DNA from: Octopus vulgaris
Lineage: Eukaryota
Assembly (NCBI GenBank): GCA_951406725.2
Contig: OX597814.1
Location: 94,364,001-94,428,000, forward strand
Length of the DNA: 64,000 nucleotides
Direction of reading: 5' to 3'
Shown here: in pieces, positions 12,426 to 25,609 of the stretch
Position numbering within the stretch: position 1 is the first letter of the stretch
Layout of the letters: each line of letters opens with the position of its first letter
Notes under the pieces: model-generated
Told to the model about the DNA's origin: nothing
The model's input: the letters and a program-made list of their open reading frames with translations, nothing else
Database searches by the model: none
Made by a program: the position numbers and the translations under genes

Positions 12426-14067
12426 AGACCGCAAATGAACTGACTATATACCAAATGTCCCGGGTAAAGGAAATCAATGGTAGGTTAATGAATTTGATTC
12501 ATTAAGCAAAGAAATAAAGAAAAATATGCTAGAAAGATAGAAATGTCGAAGGTAACTGGAGAGGTTTGCAGAAAGAGAAAGAGAGAAAAAAACACGAGTG
12601 TGTTCTTGTGTGCATATGTGTGTGAGAGCAGTAGGAGAGTGGGGGAGGATAAGTAGTATATTATTGAAAGATTTACCAATGTAATACTATATAAAAGTAC
12701 CCATTCACCAGTAAACAATTTGAAACCAACAACAGACAACCGAGGAAGCAGCTTTCTTGTTTGTTTAAAATTAGATCAGAACAAGAGACTTCAAACAACG
12801 CCTACCGTGTAGATGAGTCTAAACAAGACTTGCTTACGATATTCAGGAAGTTTTGTCTCACCGGAGGGAGTAAGTTTTACATCCAATACTCAGCATCAAC
12901 GATGCATAGAGACAAAAACCATTGAACGAATCAACAACAACAAACAGTGAATCTTATAGAAATCGATTGACTTGTAGCATTCAGTGAAGATTTATTTCTG
13001 TTCTGAGAAAAGGACACTTCATCGCTCTTTTGTAATACAAGTTAAATCTGGTTATGGCATAACAGGAAATTTCATCCTGGCTGATAAGAAGTTACATATA
13101 ATTATCGAAACTACTACCAACCAATACAGTGAATTAAGTTTATTGAGTATATATGCGTGTCTCCATTGTGTATATGAAGATGTTTATGCAGCTGTATGAG
13201 TGTGGTTGTGAAAGTGTATTCACTTACTTGTGTTTGAATGCATACATATTTACGAGCTTATATTTGTAGATATATCGCGTGTTGCTCTTGTTTAACCCTA
13301 GTCTTGCCTGACTGAGTAGACCTATGATCAAACGCTTTCCAGGAATGTCCATTCTTTTTATCACATGAGCATTAGATATTTAAGATTACATTATCTAATA
13401 TATATCTCACTTTTCCAGACGCCAGTGTATAATTTGCTGAAGATTTGGCTGGTATTTCTAGCTGCTTGTTTGGTGAGTGTTTCTGTCAGAGAAATGAGTT
13501 CATTAAATATGTATTTCATATACTTTACGTTGTGTGATTCTGTTGACGCAAATAACTAAATACATATTTTAAGAGTGTTGACGTTCTACTATATGTGTAT
13601 TCATCTCGTATTTTCTCTACCATTTATAACCATAGAATGATGTCATTTATGTACATCATAGAGAGTTTTAGATAATAATGCTTACGATTATTTTAAATTA
13701 TATCTAGTATACTTTTCATAACATGATTATTGTAAATTCAATGACGTTACGTCTGATTATTATCAAGTTTTCATCTGTTTCATGTAAGTTTATACAGTGT
13801 CATCACGCGTATCGCCATGTTAATGAAGAAACACGGTAGTGCAATAATCGAGTACTTCCACAAAGCATTAAAGGAATTGTGTGCCACAAGAAAACATGAA
13901 CCGTGAATAGTTTCTTAATTTGAGAAATTTTCAAACAAGACAAAGGTAGATGTAATTTAATTCTATGAGACGACGTATGATGCGATACGGGGATGGACAG
14001 GTTGCAGTAGAACCATACAACATTAGAAATATAGACAGGCGTTATTATGCTGTGGAGATACATGGCA

Positions 14068-14310
14068 ATGGAGGCGCATAGCAGTGGAGATGCATGGCTT
14101 GGTGATTATGATGTTGGATCGTAAGATTGTAGTTTCGATTCCTGGACCGGTCGATGCATTATGGTCTTAAGCAAAACATTTAAATTCACGCTGCTCTAGT
14201 CACCTCGGCTGATAAAAATGAGTAATCCTGCGACGGATAGGTGTCCCATACAGGGGAGAATATATACGCCAGAGAAACCGAGAAACCGACACTATGCTCC
14301 TTATGGGGTC
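14068..14310 (+). mobile_element. SINE family C (tRNA-derived, CORE-like)
   Basis: GCATGGCTTGGTG..GTTTCGATTCC B box..TCTTAAGCAAAACA..CACGCTGCTCTAGT..GCTGATAAAAATGAGT. Related minus-strand copies at ~42690-43215 and 55612-55735. Confidence 0.65.
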
Positions 14311-14494
14311 ATGTGGACTAATTGTCACCTATTATGATGGACTTAAACTACTCTTTGATTCGAATGATGGGGAATTCCAGAAAAGATATACAAAATTAAC
14401 ATTCTATGGCGTTTTACCTTTATTTGATAGAAAAATCACTACACCTGAAGGCAAAGGATATTATTGTATTAGAATTCAAAGTGAAACACAACAT

Positions 14495-17440
14495 TCTTCT
14501 TCATTCTCGTCATCATTTAGCATCCTCTTACGTGCTGGCATGGGATGTAAGTTTTGACAGGAGCTGACAAATTAGAAGACTGTGCCAAATCTGCTGCCTC
14601 TTTTGTTATGGTTTCTACAGCTGGACGTCCTTCCTACTTCCAACCACTTTATAGTGTGTACTGAAAGATTTTTACACGGCACCAGCAGTAATGAGGTCAC
14701 CAAATAACTTGCAAGACCCCTTAATTGAGCGGGGAGTAACATTGAGGGAGATGGTTTTGTGCAAGGTATTGAGAGGTCAGAGTGTCTATAGAGGGACAGA
14801 AATAGATGTCTTGCAATAAAGAAGAAGCATGGCAATCTCAATAGGAGAGCGAGAGGGGGAAGAGAGGAGACAAGAAGAGTAAGGGAGAGAGAGAGAGAAG
14901 AGAGAGCGAAGAGAGTATGGAGAGAAGATGATGATGTGACGAGGGGTACGCTCAAATTACAGGAAGGTGTATACAAGTGAAGTGGAAGAAGAGTTTGGAT
15001 AAAGTAAGTAATACATTCGCAAGATTGCAAAAGGAGAGTGGATGGTAGACACGAAGGAATGTAGTAAGTGGACACAAATAGAGGGAGGAGTATTAGGAAG
15101 TCGTGTTGTGGGGAAGAGATTCAACGGAAAACAATATATGCAGGTAAATTCACGAGGATGTGATAGGGAATGGGGTTCTCTATTACAAGACAGTGTGTCT
15201 GAGAAAATCGCTACGTTGTAGGAGAGAAGGGTGCTCTAATGGATGGTGATACACTTGCATTTAGCTACTCTGTAAAGAAAGTGCCGTAGAAGTGTCACGG
15301 TGAAAAGCTGTTAAATGTGGAGAATGCAAGGGAAAAAGGGAGTCTTCCTAATGTGGACCCAACAGAGGGATCCAACAGCTGCATGATAAGGCAATGTATT
15401 TCCCTCTCCTTTGTCACACCCTCGTGTGATAGAAAAGAGTCAAATTAATTGCCATTTCTATCATGCATCCGTCAACTCAGAATATGGCTCCTTCTGTTGG
15501 ATCCACATTAGTAGGACTCTCCTTTTCCATGCATTCTACGCGAGGGTGTGATAGAGGTGAGGGTAAAACAGCGAGTGGTGAACTCGTATTGAGGAACTGG
15601 GGAAGTGTTAGGAAGAGAGGTTGCGGAGGAGAGGTTTGTCAGGGTCAGATTGTGTGCAAGTGAATGGACATAAACCGCATGCCTTTTTGGCCTCGAGTTT
15701 TACTTAACTGGACTGGTCTTCTCAAGCACAGCAAAGATCCAATCATTTTGGCCTTATGTCATCTCCTCTGCGATGCTTAACATCTGATGATCATTTCCCA
15801 TCACTTCGTCAAAGGTTTTCCTGGCTCTTTCTTTTCTACAGGTTCCTTCCATATTTAGAGATCGGCACTTCTTTATGCAACTGTCTTCATCCACACGCAT
15901 CACATGATCATACAATCAACACAATCTCCTCTTTTGCACAGTACGTCTGATGCATTTTATAACCATTTTTTTCTTTGAACACATTTACGCTTTGTAGTAC
16001 ACGCACTTTTTAGTACATACAGTCTGACATTGCACATTCAGTGGAGGATGCTGGCTTATTTCTTTCGAACCTTTCATATGTTCTCTGTATTCACAGCTCA
16101 CGTGAATGTAGCATATCCGTTCGTGCACAAACATCGTACAATCTACTTTTTACTCTGAAGGAGAGGTTCTTTGTTGCAACGAAGGTAATAGGTCTCTGAA
16201 CTTTGCCCAGTAGGTTCTAATTCTAGCAACTAAGCTTTCAGAGCATCCTGTTCCGATGCTAATTCTGTCAACGAGGTAACAGAAACTATCTACTACTTCT
16301 ATATACAGAGACGCTTAATAACAGCATCTCTCTGTATATGGCTTGGACGGCTTTCACCAGCTACTCAACTATCCTTAGCTTATGTAGGGACCGGTAGGCT
16401 CCCTACATATCAGCAGATGTTAAGTACAGCGGTTTATTTTTGGTTAAATGCTTCTTTTGCTTTACTAGGAAGAATGCCTTACTAGGAAGGTAGCACAAAA
16501 TCACATTGCACCTGATCTAGCTTAACTCTCTTCCTTATTATTTTAGTTATAACCATGTCCGTAACTTTCATGACCGGGTCTTACAGTTTAACACCTTTGT
16601 AATTATCCTTCGCCAATTCATCTCCTCTGCCTTTGTAGGAGTTACTTATGGTGCTGGTAATCCAATCGGAATGTCTGGCTCCTGCTTGAACGACCTGATT
16701 AACTATACGGCCATATTGCACACCACCAGATATCTTAAGCATCACGGCAGTAATTCCTGATGGGCCAGGAGCTTTCCTTGTCTTCATATCCTTAATTGCT
16801 TTATCTACCACGCACATGTCAACTCGGAATGCAGGTCCCTCTGTTGGGACCACATTAGGAAGACTCTCCTTTTCCCATGCATTCTCCATAATTAGCAGGC
16901 TTTCACATTCACACTTCCATGCCACACTCTAAGTAAGTGCAAGTGTAGCATCCTCCATTCAAACACGTTTCTCTCCTGCATCATGATTCTCTCAGACACA
17001 CTGTCTCGCAATCCAGAGTACCTCATGCCTCTGGTCCGCACACCAGAAAATATTGGTAAAATTCATCCTTTCTGCTTCTTACCCGAGCGTGACATTCTTG
17101 TCACCTAGTTTCTCCTCAAGCTACTTGATATAGTTCTTTACTACCCCTATTCCTCCACTCCTTCCACGCCTGTATCTTTGTTGTTATGGCACTGTCTACT
17201 TCACTCTTCCACCACCATGTCACACTAGGTTTGACTTGAATTTTGTACTGCTCATAAATTTGGTCGGCAGCCCTTAGTAGGCTAACCCGAAAGAAAAATC
17301 TTGTTACCCTCTATATAATTCTATCTCGTCCTCCTTATCGTCAAATGCTTTAGTTAGGAGGTCTCTAAGTCTATGACTATCTAAAATCATTTAGCTTCCA
17401 TATCTTCCTTTTCTTGCCTAATTCTTCACTTCAGACCTGT
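14495..17440 (-). mobile_element. Fragmented RTE-clade LINE (RT region to 3' end)
   Basis: Minus ORF 16581-16925 reads ...ENAWEKESLPNV.PTEGPA..VDKAIKDMKTRKAPGPSGITA.MLK, the conserved KAPGP.GI..E.LK motif preceding RT domain 1. Further degraded ORF2 pieces at 15700-16300 and 16930-17440. A trinucleotide-like 3' tail lies near 14495-14520. Confidence 0.75.
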
Positions 17441-18267
17441 TCTGCTTGAAAGACAAGCTAGATGTAGAACTCGTAGTGGATGTGCAAGCAACACTACAAG
17501 GATCAAAAGAAGATTCATTGATGATTATTCTTGAAGACATTTTAATGATTTTATTTGTGCACAAATGATAGACAGGAGATAAAAAAAACAGTTTCTTGTA
17601 TTGTACTAATTATATGAGGTAAAAATACTGAAATTTCAGACGTGTTCTATCTGGTATTGTAAACTTTAACAATAATGTGATTGATATTTTTCGTTGTTGA
17701 TTGACAGTATAGCAGTGACAGTAACTTAACCACCGTTGCCGTGTTTGGTCGGTTTTTAGTAGCAAGTACACTTACCACCTCTCTACTCATGGATACACTA
17801 CGAAAAAATGACAAATCAGTACCTTCGCAGCATCTATGGAGCTGGAAAGGATGCCAGATATGGTTAAGTAAAACTGTACATTCATTTACCTGCCTATTAC
17901 ACTGATGGGTAAATGAATGAATAGATTTTCTGTAGGTGTTTATTTCCTGAACCTAAGTACTCACTAAATTACACCACAAAGCAGCAAGAGTTTATTGTTA
18001 TAGTGGGTATGGTTTGTGCAGATCCATTCCCACCACATTGTCAAATATGTATCATCATCTGGCGCAACAAATGACAGAAGCCCACTATATCAGGATGCAG
18101 GATTTGTATGGAGTTACCATCTCTTAGAGGAAAAGCTAAAGAGCTGAAATGTTTCCTGTATCCAAGGTCTATTGGGTTGTCTGTAAGTGATCGTCTTCTG
18201 AAGGTTTTCAATAATATAAACAAATCTTCAATGATGTAAAGTTAGCCAGGTGCTGAGTGCCGTTTCC

Positions 18268-18515
18268 CATTTAGAGTTGGCAATGTCAATGTAGGCACAT
18301 TGAAATGTAGTTCTAAGGATAGTGTTGAGATGCTAGAACGGAGGCATGTAGATGTATGTTGCGTTCAAGGGGTAAGGTTGAGGGGAGTTTCATCGAAGCT
18401 CCTCCAAGGCATAGAAAATATGTATAAATTCTTCTGGGTAGGCAACAGTGATAGAATCAGATGTGTGGTCATACTTTTAGCTGAAAAATTAGAGAATAAG
18501 GGTATCGAGGTAAAA
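18268..18515 (+). mobile_element. RTE-clade LINE AP-endonuclease N-terminal fragment
   Basis: RVGNVNVGTLK...VEMLERRHVDVCCVQ.VR.RG...YKFFWVG....CVVILLA, a typical RTE APE start. Confidence 0.75.
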
Positions 18516-20783
18516 CAGCATAGTCTCATTATCGGGGTAAAAAAAGTATAGTCTCAAAAATGAACCAATAATATCAGTACTAATTTCCATATAATTGGTG
18601 ATCATACATTTCATCCCGTCACCGAAATATTGAAGAATCTGATCACTCCCCGATGATGAGGAAGAATAGGAAAGCGTGGCGATTACACATTTCTCATTCT
18701 GTTAGTTGATTAATACAAACACAAATCAAAATAAGTATTTGAACTTAGTTCACCAAGAATTAATGTTATAACACACTACATCTCATTTACTGCTTCAATA
18801 ATGGTACATAGTTAGGTTTGATGGGAAAGATTATAACCCATTCAATCGCCCTAACTATATTTAAAGTACTTAATTTATTAAATTTAAAGCGTCATATACC
18901 AATGATTATAGAGAATGCAGAGGCGAAACAAAATATTGAGGTAGTTTGTCCGGGTGCATACTGGGATTTCCCGGCTCTTTACTGTTTCAGTGTGATCAAG
19001 ACTTCTTACCAATTCCTAACTAACATCATAAACGAATTCAATATTGTGAAATTCATGAAAACACAAGGAGAGAAAAAAAATTATAGTAAAGTATGATTGA
19101 CCAGAAAACCAGGAAAATTTGATTTTTCCAGGCAAAATATGTTTGGTAAATGGTATAAACGTAGAAAAGAAAATAAGATATAGAAAAGAAAATTGTAAAT
19201 GAATATTTCAAGTATAAATCGTTTTAGAAATACATAGCCTTTCAGTAATTTTTCATATAAACATGTTGTTTATATTGGGGCGCTTTTTTTCTTTTACATC
19301 TTTTCACGAACAGACATTATTCAGATGATTGGTAGAAAATGAAAATTAATGATATTGGCTAGAACCGTAATAGATGCCTGGGAAATCGAATGAACCAGCC
19401 AAGTGCTAAACTTATTTCTCAAAAGAAAGAAATATATGTTCGTATTTTGGCGAGAACAAACAAATTTATCTTGAAAATCAGTTTAAAACGAATAAATAGC
19501 GAAAGAGAAAAAAATAAATCAATCATCACTATTTGCAAAATTTATAGATTTTTAAAAATATTTTTCAAAATCTTTTAAGACAGAGAAAAGTGTTAAGAAA
19601 AGAATATAAAACGTATAAAAATAAATGAAATAAAATAATAGCAATGATTAATGATTACAAGCTTGTTGCTTACTCAGTTCGAAAATAATTTAATCATTAT
19701 TTTATTCAATTATCGAGAAGTTGCTTTCGGCTAAAAAGAATAAAGCTTAAATTAAAATTCTAAATGTAGGAAAATAGAAATATATTCTGCACACAAGAAA
19801 AATGAGGCGTACTAAAGCAAATTTACATATTTCCTTCTTCATTTTCTGTTTTTTTTATTCTAGAAACTAATTGCAGAACAACTTTCATAGCTAGATATAA
19901 GCAAAAGCTTAATATAACAAAAGAGTGTTTCTCAATCGAAACCTATTCTCAATATACTTATAAAACTGAAAATCCGTGGATTGGCGACAAAACCGCTAGA
20001 ATGGCAAATAATCTACTTGGTACAAATTAATTGAAATGGATTATACGAACGAGAACATACAAACGATAATCAAAACAGCATTTGGCTCAGTTTACCAGGA
20101 GTTCACTTTATGGCGTTACTGACTACGTTTCAGTAACCCTTTAAATTCTTAAATCGCATCGAGTTCGGAACCTGGCTTTCCATCGTTAAAATAATGTTGT
20201 GGTTGATTTTATAAATTACATGGGTTGAAGTTAAAGAGAAATTTGGTTTCAATTTTTACTTGATGATATTTTGCAGAAATTATATTATATAATTATATGC
20301 GTCGAAAATACAGAATCAACATCATCCCTATATTTTTTTTCCTCTGCTATCATACGACATTTGTGTCTATGACTATTTATATTTAAACTTCATAACAAAG
20401 AAAATACCTACAGCATAGGGAAATAAGCTGTCAGCAAACAAAAAGCGCTACATGTTTGCAGTTCCTTATGATAAGCATATCATGGCATTTACGACACCTA
20501 TTGTTTAACAAATTATAATAATCGTATAATTGTCATGTAATTGAGAGGAGGAAGGTAGTCATTCTACTTGCACTTTATTTAACACCCAGCGAAATAAGAA
20601 AAAGCGTGGAGAGTGCAGACAAAATAATTTCCGTTCTTATTTCAAATCCTATTGAGGTCAAACTTCGATGGTAGTGGTGGTGGCGGTGGGGAGGTAACGT
20701 TATAATAAAGTACAAGTCAAATACTGATATCCTCCTCCCAATTTCTTGACAGTTATAATACAATTTTGTAACGCGTTAGACAA

Positions 20784-22810
20784 TACTCTCGGGTCCCAAA
20801 TAATAGGTAGAGTTGGAATAAGCAGGGGGGTCGGACATTTGCTTAAATTCATATAAGCGGGTGGGTTGGAATAAGCGGGGTTGGAAAATCGGTACTCTCG
20901 GTTCCCAAATAATAGGGGAATTGGAATAAGCAAGTGGCTTGGAATTTGCTTCAATTCATATAAGCGGGTGGATAGGAATAAACGGGTGGGGTTGGAAAAT
21001 CGGTAATAGTATAGTGATAACTATAAAATTAAAAAATTTTTAGGTTGTCTTCCTTGATTTTTTAAAAACCGGTTATTTACTTTTTGGTCCCAGATAATAG
21101 AGGGCGGGCGTTGGAAAAAGTGGGTGGGTCGAACATTTGCATAAATTCATATAAGTGGGTGGGTAGGAATAAACGGGTGGGGTTGGAAAATCGGTTATTG
21201 TATAGTGGTAACTATAAAATTTAAAAATTTTCTAGGATGTCAACCTTGATTTTTTTTTAAACCAGTTATTTACTCTTGGGTCCCAAATAATAGGGAGGGG
21301 GTGGAAAAAGCGGGTGAGTTAAACATTTGCTTAAATACATATAAGCGGGTGGGTTGGAATAAACTGGAGTGGGTGGGAATCAGTAACTGTATAGTGTATG
21401 CACGAAAATTAGGAAAATGAGTATCTTAAAGCAAATATAATGACACAATGAGGCAAAAGAAATTAACAAGAAGCAAGTGAAATTAGCACACACGTGTGCT
21501 TCAAACGTGCACTTTAGTTACGATAATAAAAATAAGACATTTGTTAATTATGGTAATTATGTGATTCTTTCTTTAAATGCTGTTCTCTAAACAGATATTG
21601 AAACAAGCAACACGTCTTTAAAAGAAAGAAAAGTAAAACACAATAAAGAGAGTATAATTACCGTTTCGTGGACTTGCAGTATATATTATACTATACATAA
21701 TAAAACATAGCTCTCTGTAAATAATTATAAATGATAGACTCATGATTTTTCGTCACTTTCCTTCTGCAGGTTTCTCGGTTTCGATATTCGCTTCTTTACG
21801 GACCGCCGAGCTTCAATGACAATTGACATGAGTATGCTTCGATATGGCAAGAAATGTGTACAGGTCTCGTTTACATCCAATACTTTCTGTATTTTTTCAA
21901 GGAACTGGGCATCTTTATTAACCTCATCATTACTGCTGATTCCTGCAAGAGAGCTAGGGCTTCCCGTCATCATGTCTGGCCATCCGTGCTTTGGCTCCTG
22001 CGAAACCTCCATGGGGATTTCTCCAGATGGGTCAATTACCTCCGAAAGATTCTCAAATGATTCGCTTTCATCTTCCGACTCACTTTCTGCAGCTTTTTTC
22101 CTCAATGCCGTCACCATGGAATAGTTCTGAGCCTTCAAACATTGTTTGCACGCTTAGCCCCTTTCAGTGGAATTAAGTATTTAATGACTCTTTGAATAGT
22201 ATTTTGGCAGGGGTTTGACATGATCTTTAGACGAAACTATTGCGTCAACGAACCGACAAGGTGCATGATTCGGTCTGACAGTGGCCCACATCTACTTGAA
22301 AGCAGCTTCGACATCAGTCTTGTAATCTGCATGTGCTTGATGTAGCATCTGCATCATCTCGGATCGATTGGGCGTGGGAATTTTATTCAGAGTTTGAACT
22401 AACTTTTCTAGCATCTTTGCTTTCTGTATTTCGCAATATTTTACTTTCAGTTGTTTGTGCAAGTGCATGTCGTTAACTTGAACAAATCCGGTGATACCAC
22501 CACCGATGATGACTAGCATATAACTCCTTTTACAGAGGGTGTCTGTCACCTCCGGTATCAAATGCACCATGTAATCATTGAGCACATAAATGGCAAAGTT
22601 TGCATGCGAAAACATTGATTCGGTTTGGAAGATTTTCAATAGTACAGAGTAGCTGTTCTAATCTATAAGAACCTTTAGGAGACCATTAATATTTAATTGT
22701 AGGCAGGGCATTCAGTAGTGGTGGTCTTTCTCCAGTTCCTTTGAATACAAACTCTGGGTTAAGATTGATTCTGGTATCATTAGGGTTGAAGGTTGTCAAT
22801 GCCATAAAAG
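20784..22810 (-). mobile_element. Degenerate pogo/Tigger-like (DDE_1-type) DNA transposon with tandemly repeated terminal module
   Basis: Minus-strand remnants PEFVFKG...WSPKGSYRLEQL and IIGGGITGFVQVNDMHLHKQLK (cf. the DDE_1 motif IPGG.T..LQP.D...K.FK), plus an acidic C-terminal ORF at 21740-22138. Four TACTCT..G..CCCAAATAATAG-initiated repeats start at 20784, 20893, 21078 and 21271. Confidence 0.7.
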
Positions 22811-23074
22811 GTTGAAGGCTCACTCGCATGAACATTGGTTGCATATACTGTGGATAAATATTTATTCTCCCATGCGTTATGAAAACAAATATAGAACACT
22901 CCAGGTTTTTTTCCCATTCCTGTCGTTATTTTTCATTTTTGTTTTGTCATGCTGATTCACAATTTGTGTCAGCTAAAATAATAAGGAATCCTCCAGAGTT
23001 TGCTGTTTTGTACTAGTAATGGGAGTCAGTTTAATCGAATTTCCCCTTCCCTTTAAATTTCTGGCCTAAGCATC

Positions 23075-23240
23075 AAGCAACGTGCCTTGCAGCATAGAGT
23101 TATCGTCCTTTACGTTCTCAGTTCAATCCCGCTGAGCTTAGCTTTACCTTTCATACCTACGGGGTCGACAAAAATAAAGTAATGTTCTAGTCCCTCCCCA
23201 CAAATTATTGGCCTTGTGCCGAAATGAGAAATCATTATTT
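23075..23240 (+). mobile_element. SINE family B, degenerate
   Basis: TACGTTCTCAGTTCAA...CTTTACCTTTCATACCTACGGGGTCGAC...GGCCTTGTGCC. Confidence 0.6.
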
Positions 23241-23618
23241 AAAATTTTCTCGCGTTGTCACCTTTGATTTTTTGAAACACAGAATTAGTTATTTAGTTTA
23301 TATATCCTATTTTACAATATAACGAATTACTTGTAATGTTCTTTTTTCTACTGTCATATAAATATAATGTTCTTAACTTTAAAATAAAATTATTAGATTC
23401 TCCAGCTGTTGTATCAGGATGAATATCTTAGAATAAAATTTCACCACAGTTTATCAAAATTTAACAAGATGGGAAGGGCTGGAATAAAAGCGAGTGGAGA
23501 GGATCTTAAAATTAATAAGCGGGTTGGAAAATATATGAAAAATAATAAGATATACATATTCACACACAAACACACATATGTATCCATGTACCAATGCATG
23601 CCTATGTATATATATTTG

Positions 23619-23790
23619 GGCGCAGACATGGCTATGTGGTAAGATGCTTGCTTCCCAACCACATGGCTCCGGGTTCAGTCCCACTGCGTAACACATTGGG
23701 CGAGTGTCTTCAACTGTGACCTCGGGCCGACCATAGCCTTGTGAGTGGATTTGGTAGGCAGACACTGAAAGAAGCCCGTCGTTTATATAT
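23619..23790 (+). mobile_element. SINE family A (5' half)
   Basis: GGCGCAGACATGGCTATGTGGTAAG...GGTTCAGTCCC...GAAAGAAGCCCGTCG. Confidence 0.85.
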
Positions 23791-25412
23791 GTATGTATGT
23801 TTTGTTTGAGTTTTTTTTTTTAAATACTTCTTATTAGAGTTCAAGCCAGTTGCAAACAAAGAAACAAAACTTTTGAACTGCGAGAGTTCCCGGTGTTTGT
23901 AAATATGTGTTTGAGTTGCTGTGTTATTTGAGCTCTCGATGCATACACCCAAGTGTTTGCTTCTTCACACATAAGAATCTCTGATAGACAATGTCTTACA
24001 AATCTTCACTGTGCCACCAATAGATAAGATTTAGAGAATCACTTCTTTTGCTCTTTCTTCGTGAAACCATGTATGTATGTATGTATGTATGTATGTATGT
24101 ATGTATGTATGTATGTATGTATGTATGTATGTATGTATGCATGCATGCATGCATGCATGTATGTATGTATGTATGTATGTATGTATGTACGTATGTACGT
24201 ATGTACGTACGTGCATAGGCATAACTTTAATGGTGCAAAGAGGAAAATTTGTACATATATGTCTTGATAATCGGTATAAGATACAGTGAGCCTCTTGGCC
24301 CTTGAGTCACTCTGTAACTTCTGCCGGTTATCATTAAACACGTACACGCACATACACGCGTACACACGCACGCGCACGCGCACGCACACAGGCACACAAA
24401 CATATATGGAGCGTGACGGGGGCATGTGTGACTGTGTGTTTTTGACTTTCTCTAAGGATTGTATTGAAAAAGGAGAACTATTCCAGTTTTAAGAAGTATA
24501 GAGGCAATTGCCTTTCAATTACTACATATATTCTTTCATCTATAATACATTAAAAGTCAGCTTGAATCTTGCTTGCTTGCTTGCTTGCAATGTTACCTAT
24601 CGAAACTGGCGCATAATGGGAAAATACTATGAATTATGCGCCCCTGAAATGTTAATACGAACGGAATAAAACAATTCGTGTAAATCGGACAAATAGTGTT
24701 TGAGATATTAGGGGTTTTCAGGGTATAAATACCCAAAACGGTGCATAATGGGAAAATATTCCGAAATTAAATTTATCTTGAATGGGAAGAAAGTCCTACC
24801 TTTCGATTAGACACAGTGACCTGACGACGAAAAAAAAAAAAGATTTGTTTTTTGCAGTGAATGTTTCTATTTTCGCTTTTGTTAAACACAATATTTTAAT
24901 CATTTAGAAATATGTTTAAGTGAATGTGAATTGAAAAATGTAAGTTGTCCGTATAGTAAGTATTTATATTTTAGCTTTCTTTAAATAGACAATAATTTAA
25001 TGTTTTTTAAATTATTTTTAAGTGAATACCATTCCAAAAATATTTTTGGCAGTGAAAATGGCTTTAAAAATACGGTAAATATTTCGTAAAAGACCCGTTA
25101 CTAACCTCCGTGTCAAATAAATTTTTCCATGGGATTTTTTCGAGTATATTTAACGTATCTCACCTGCAAAGACTTGGCTGCTACATCTAGCACGCCCTGC
25201 TACCACGTAACAGCTATTTTGCGATAAAGAAGCCAAAATACCGATTGCGTAGTAGCAGGGCGTTCAAGAAGTTCCAGCCAAATCTTTCTTTTTCTGGGAA
25301 AAGGTGCTGTTTACGCGTGATTTTGAGGTCAATCTTTTGAAAGCATGCGAAGTAACCTTGGAAAGAAAAACATCCACGAAACAAAACTCCGTTGGTGGAA
25401 AACTCAGAGTTT

Positions 25413-25444
25413 CCCGGTGGCCCAACGGGTCACGGGTAGTCTAG

Positions 25445-25445
<1 letters not shown>
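25413..25445 (+). mobile_element. Helitron 3' terminus; the upstream ~24590-25400 may be the body of a non-autonomous element
   Basis: Hairpin CCCGGTGGCCC-AAC-GGGTCACGGG followed by TAGT-CTAG|T. Confidence 0.6.
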
Positions 25446-25478
<33 letters not shown>

Positions 25479-25609
25479 ATATATAATGATAGATAGATAT
25501 GTGTGCGTGTATGTACGTGTATATGTGTATATATACATGTGTGTATCTGTGTCTGCTTGTGTATCTGTGTGTGTATCTGTGTGTGTCAGTGTGTGTACAT
25601 ATATATACG

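Noticed and set aside
12223-12477. Poly-Val / poly-Ser ORFs
   Set aside because: Trinucleotide low-complexity tract with no splice or domain context.
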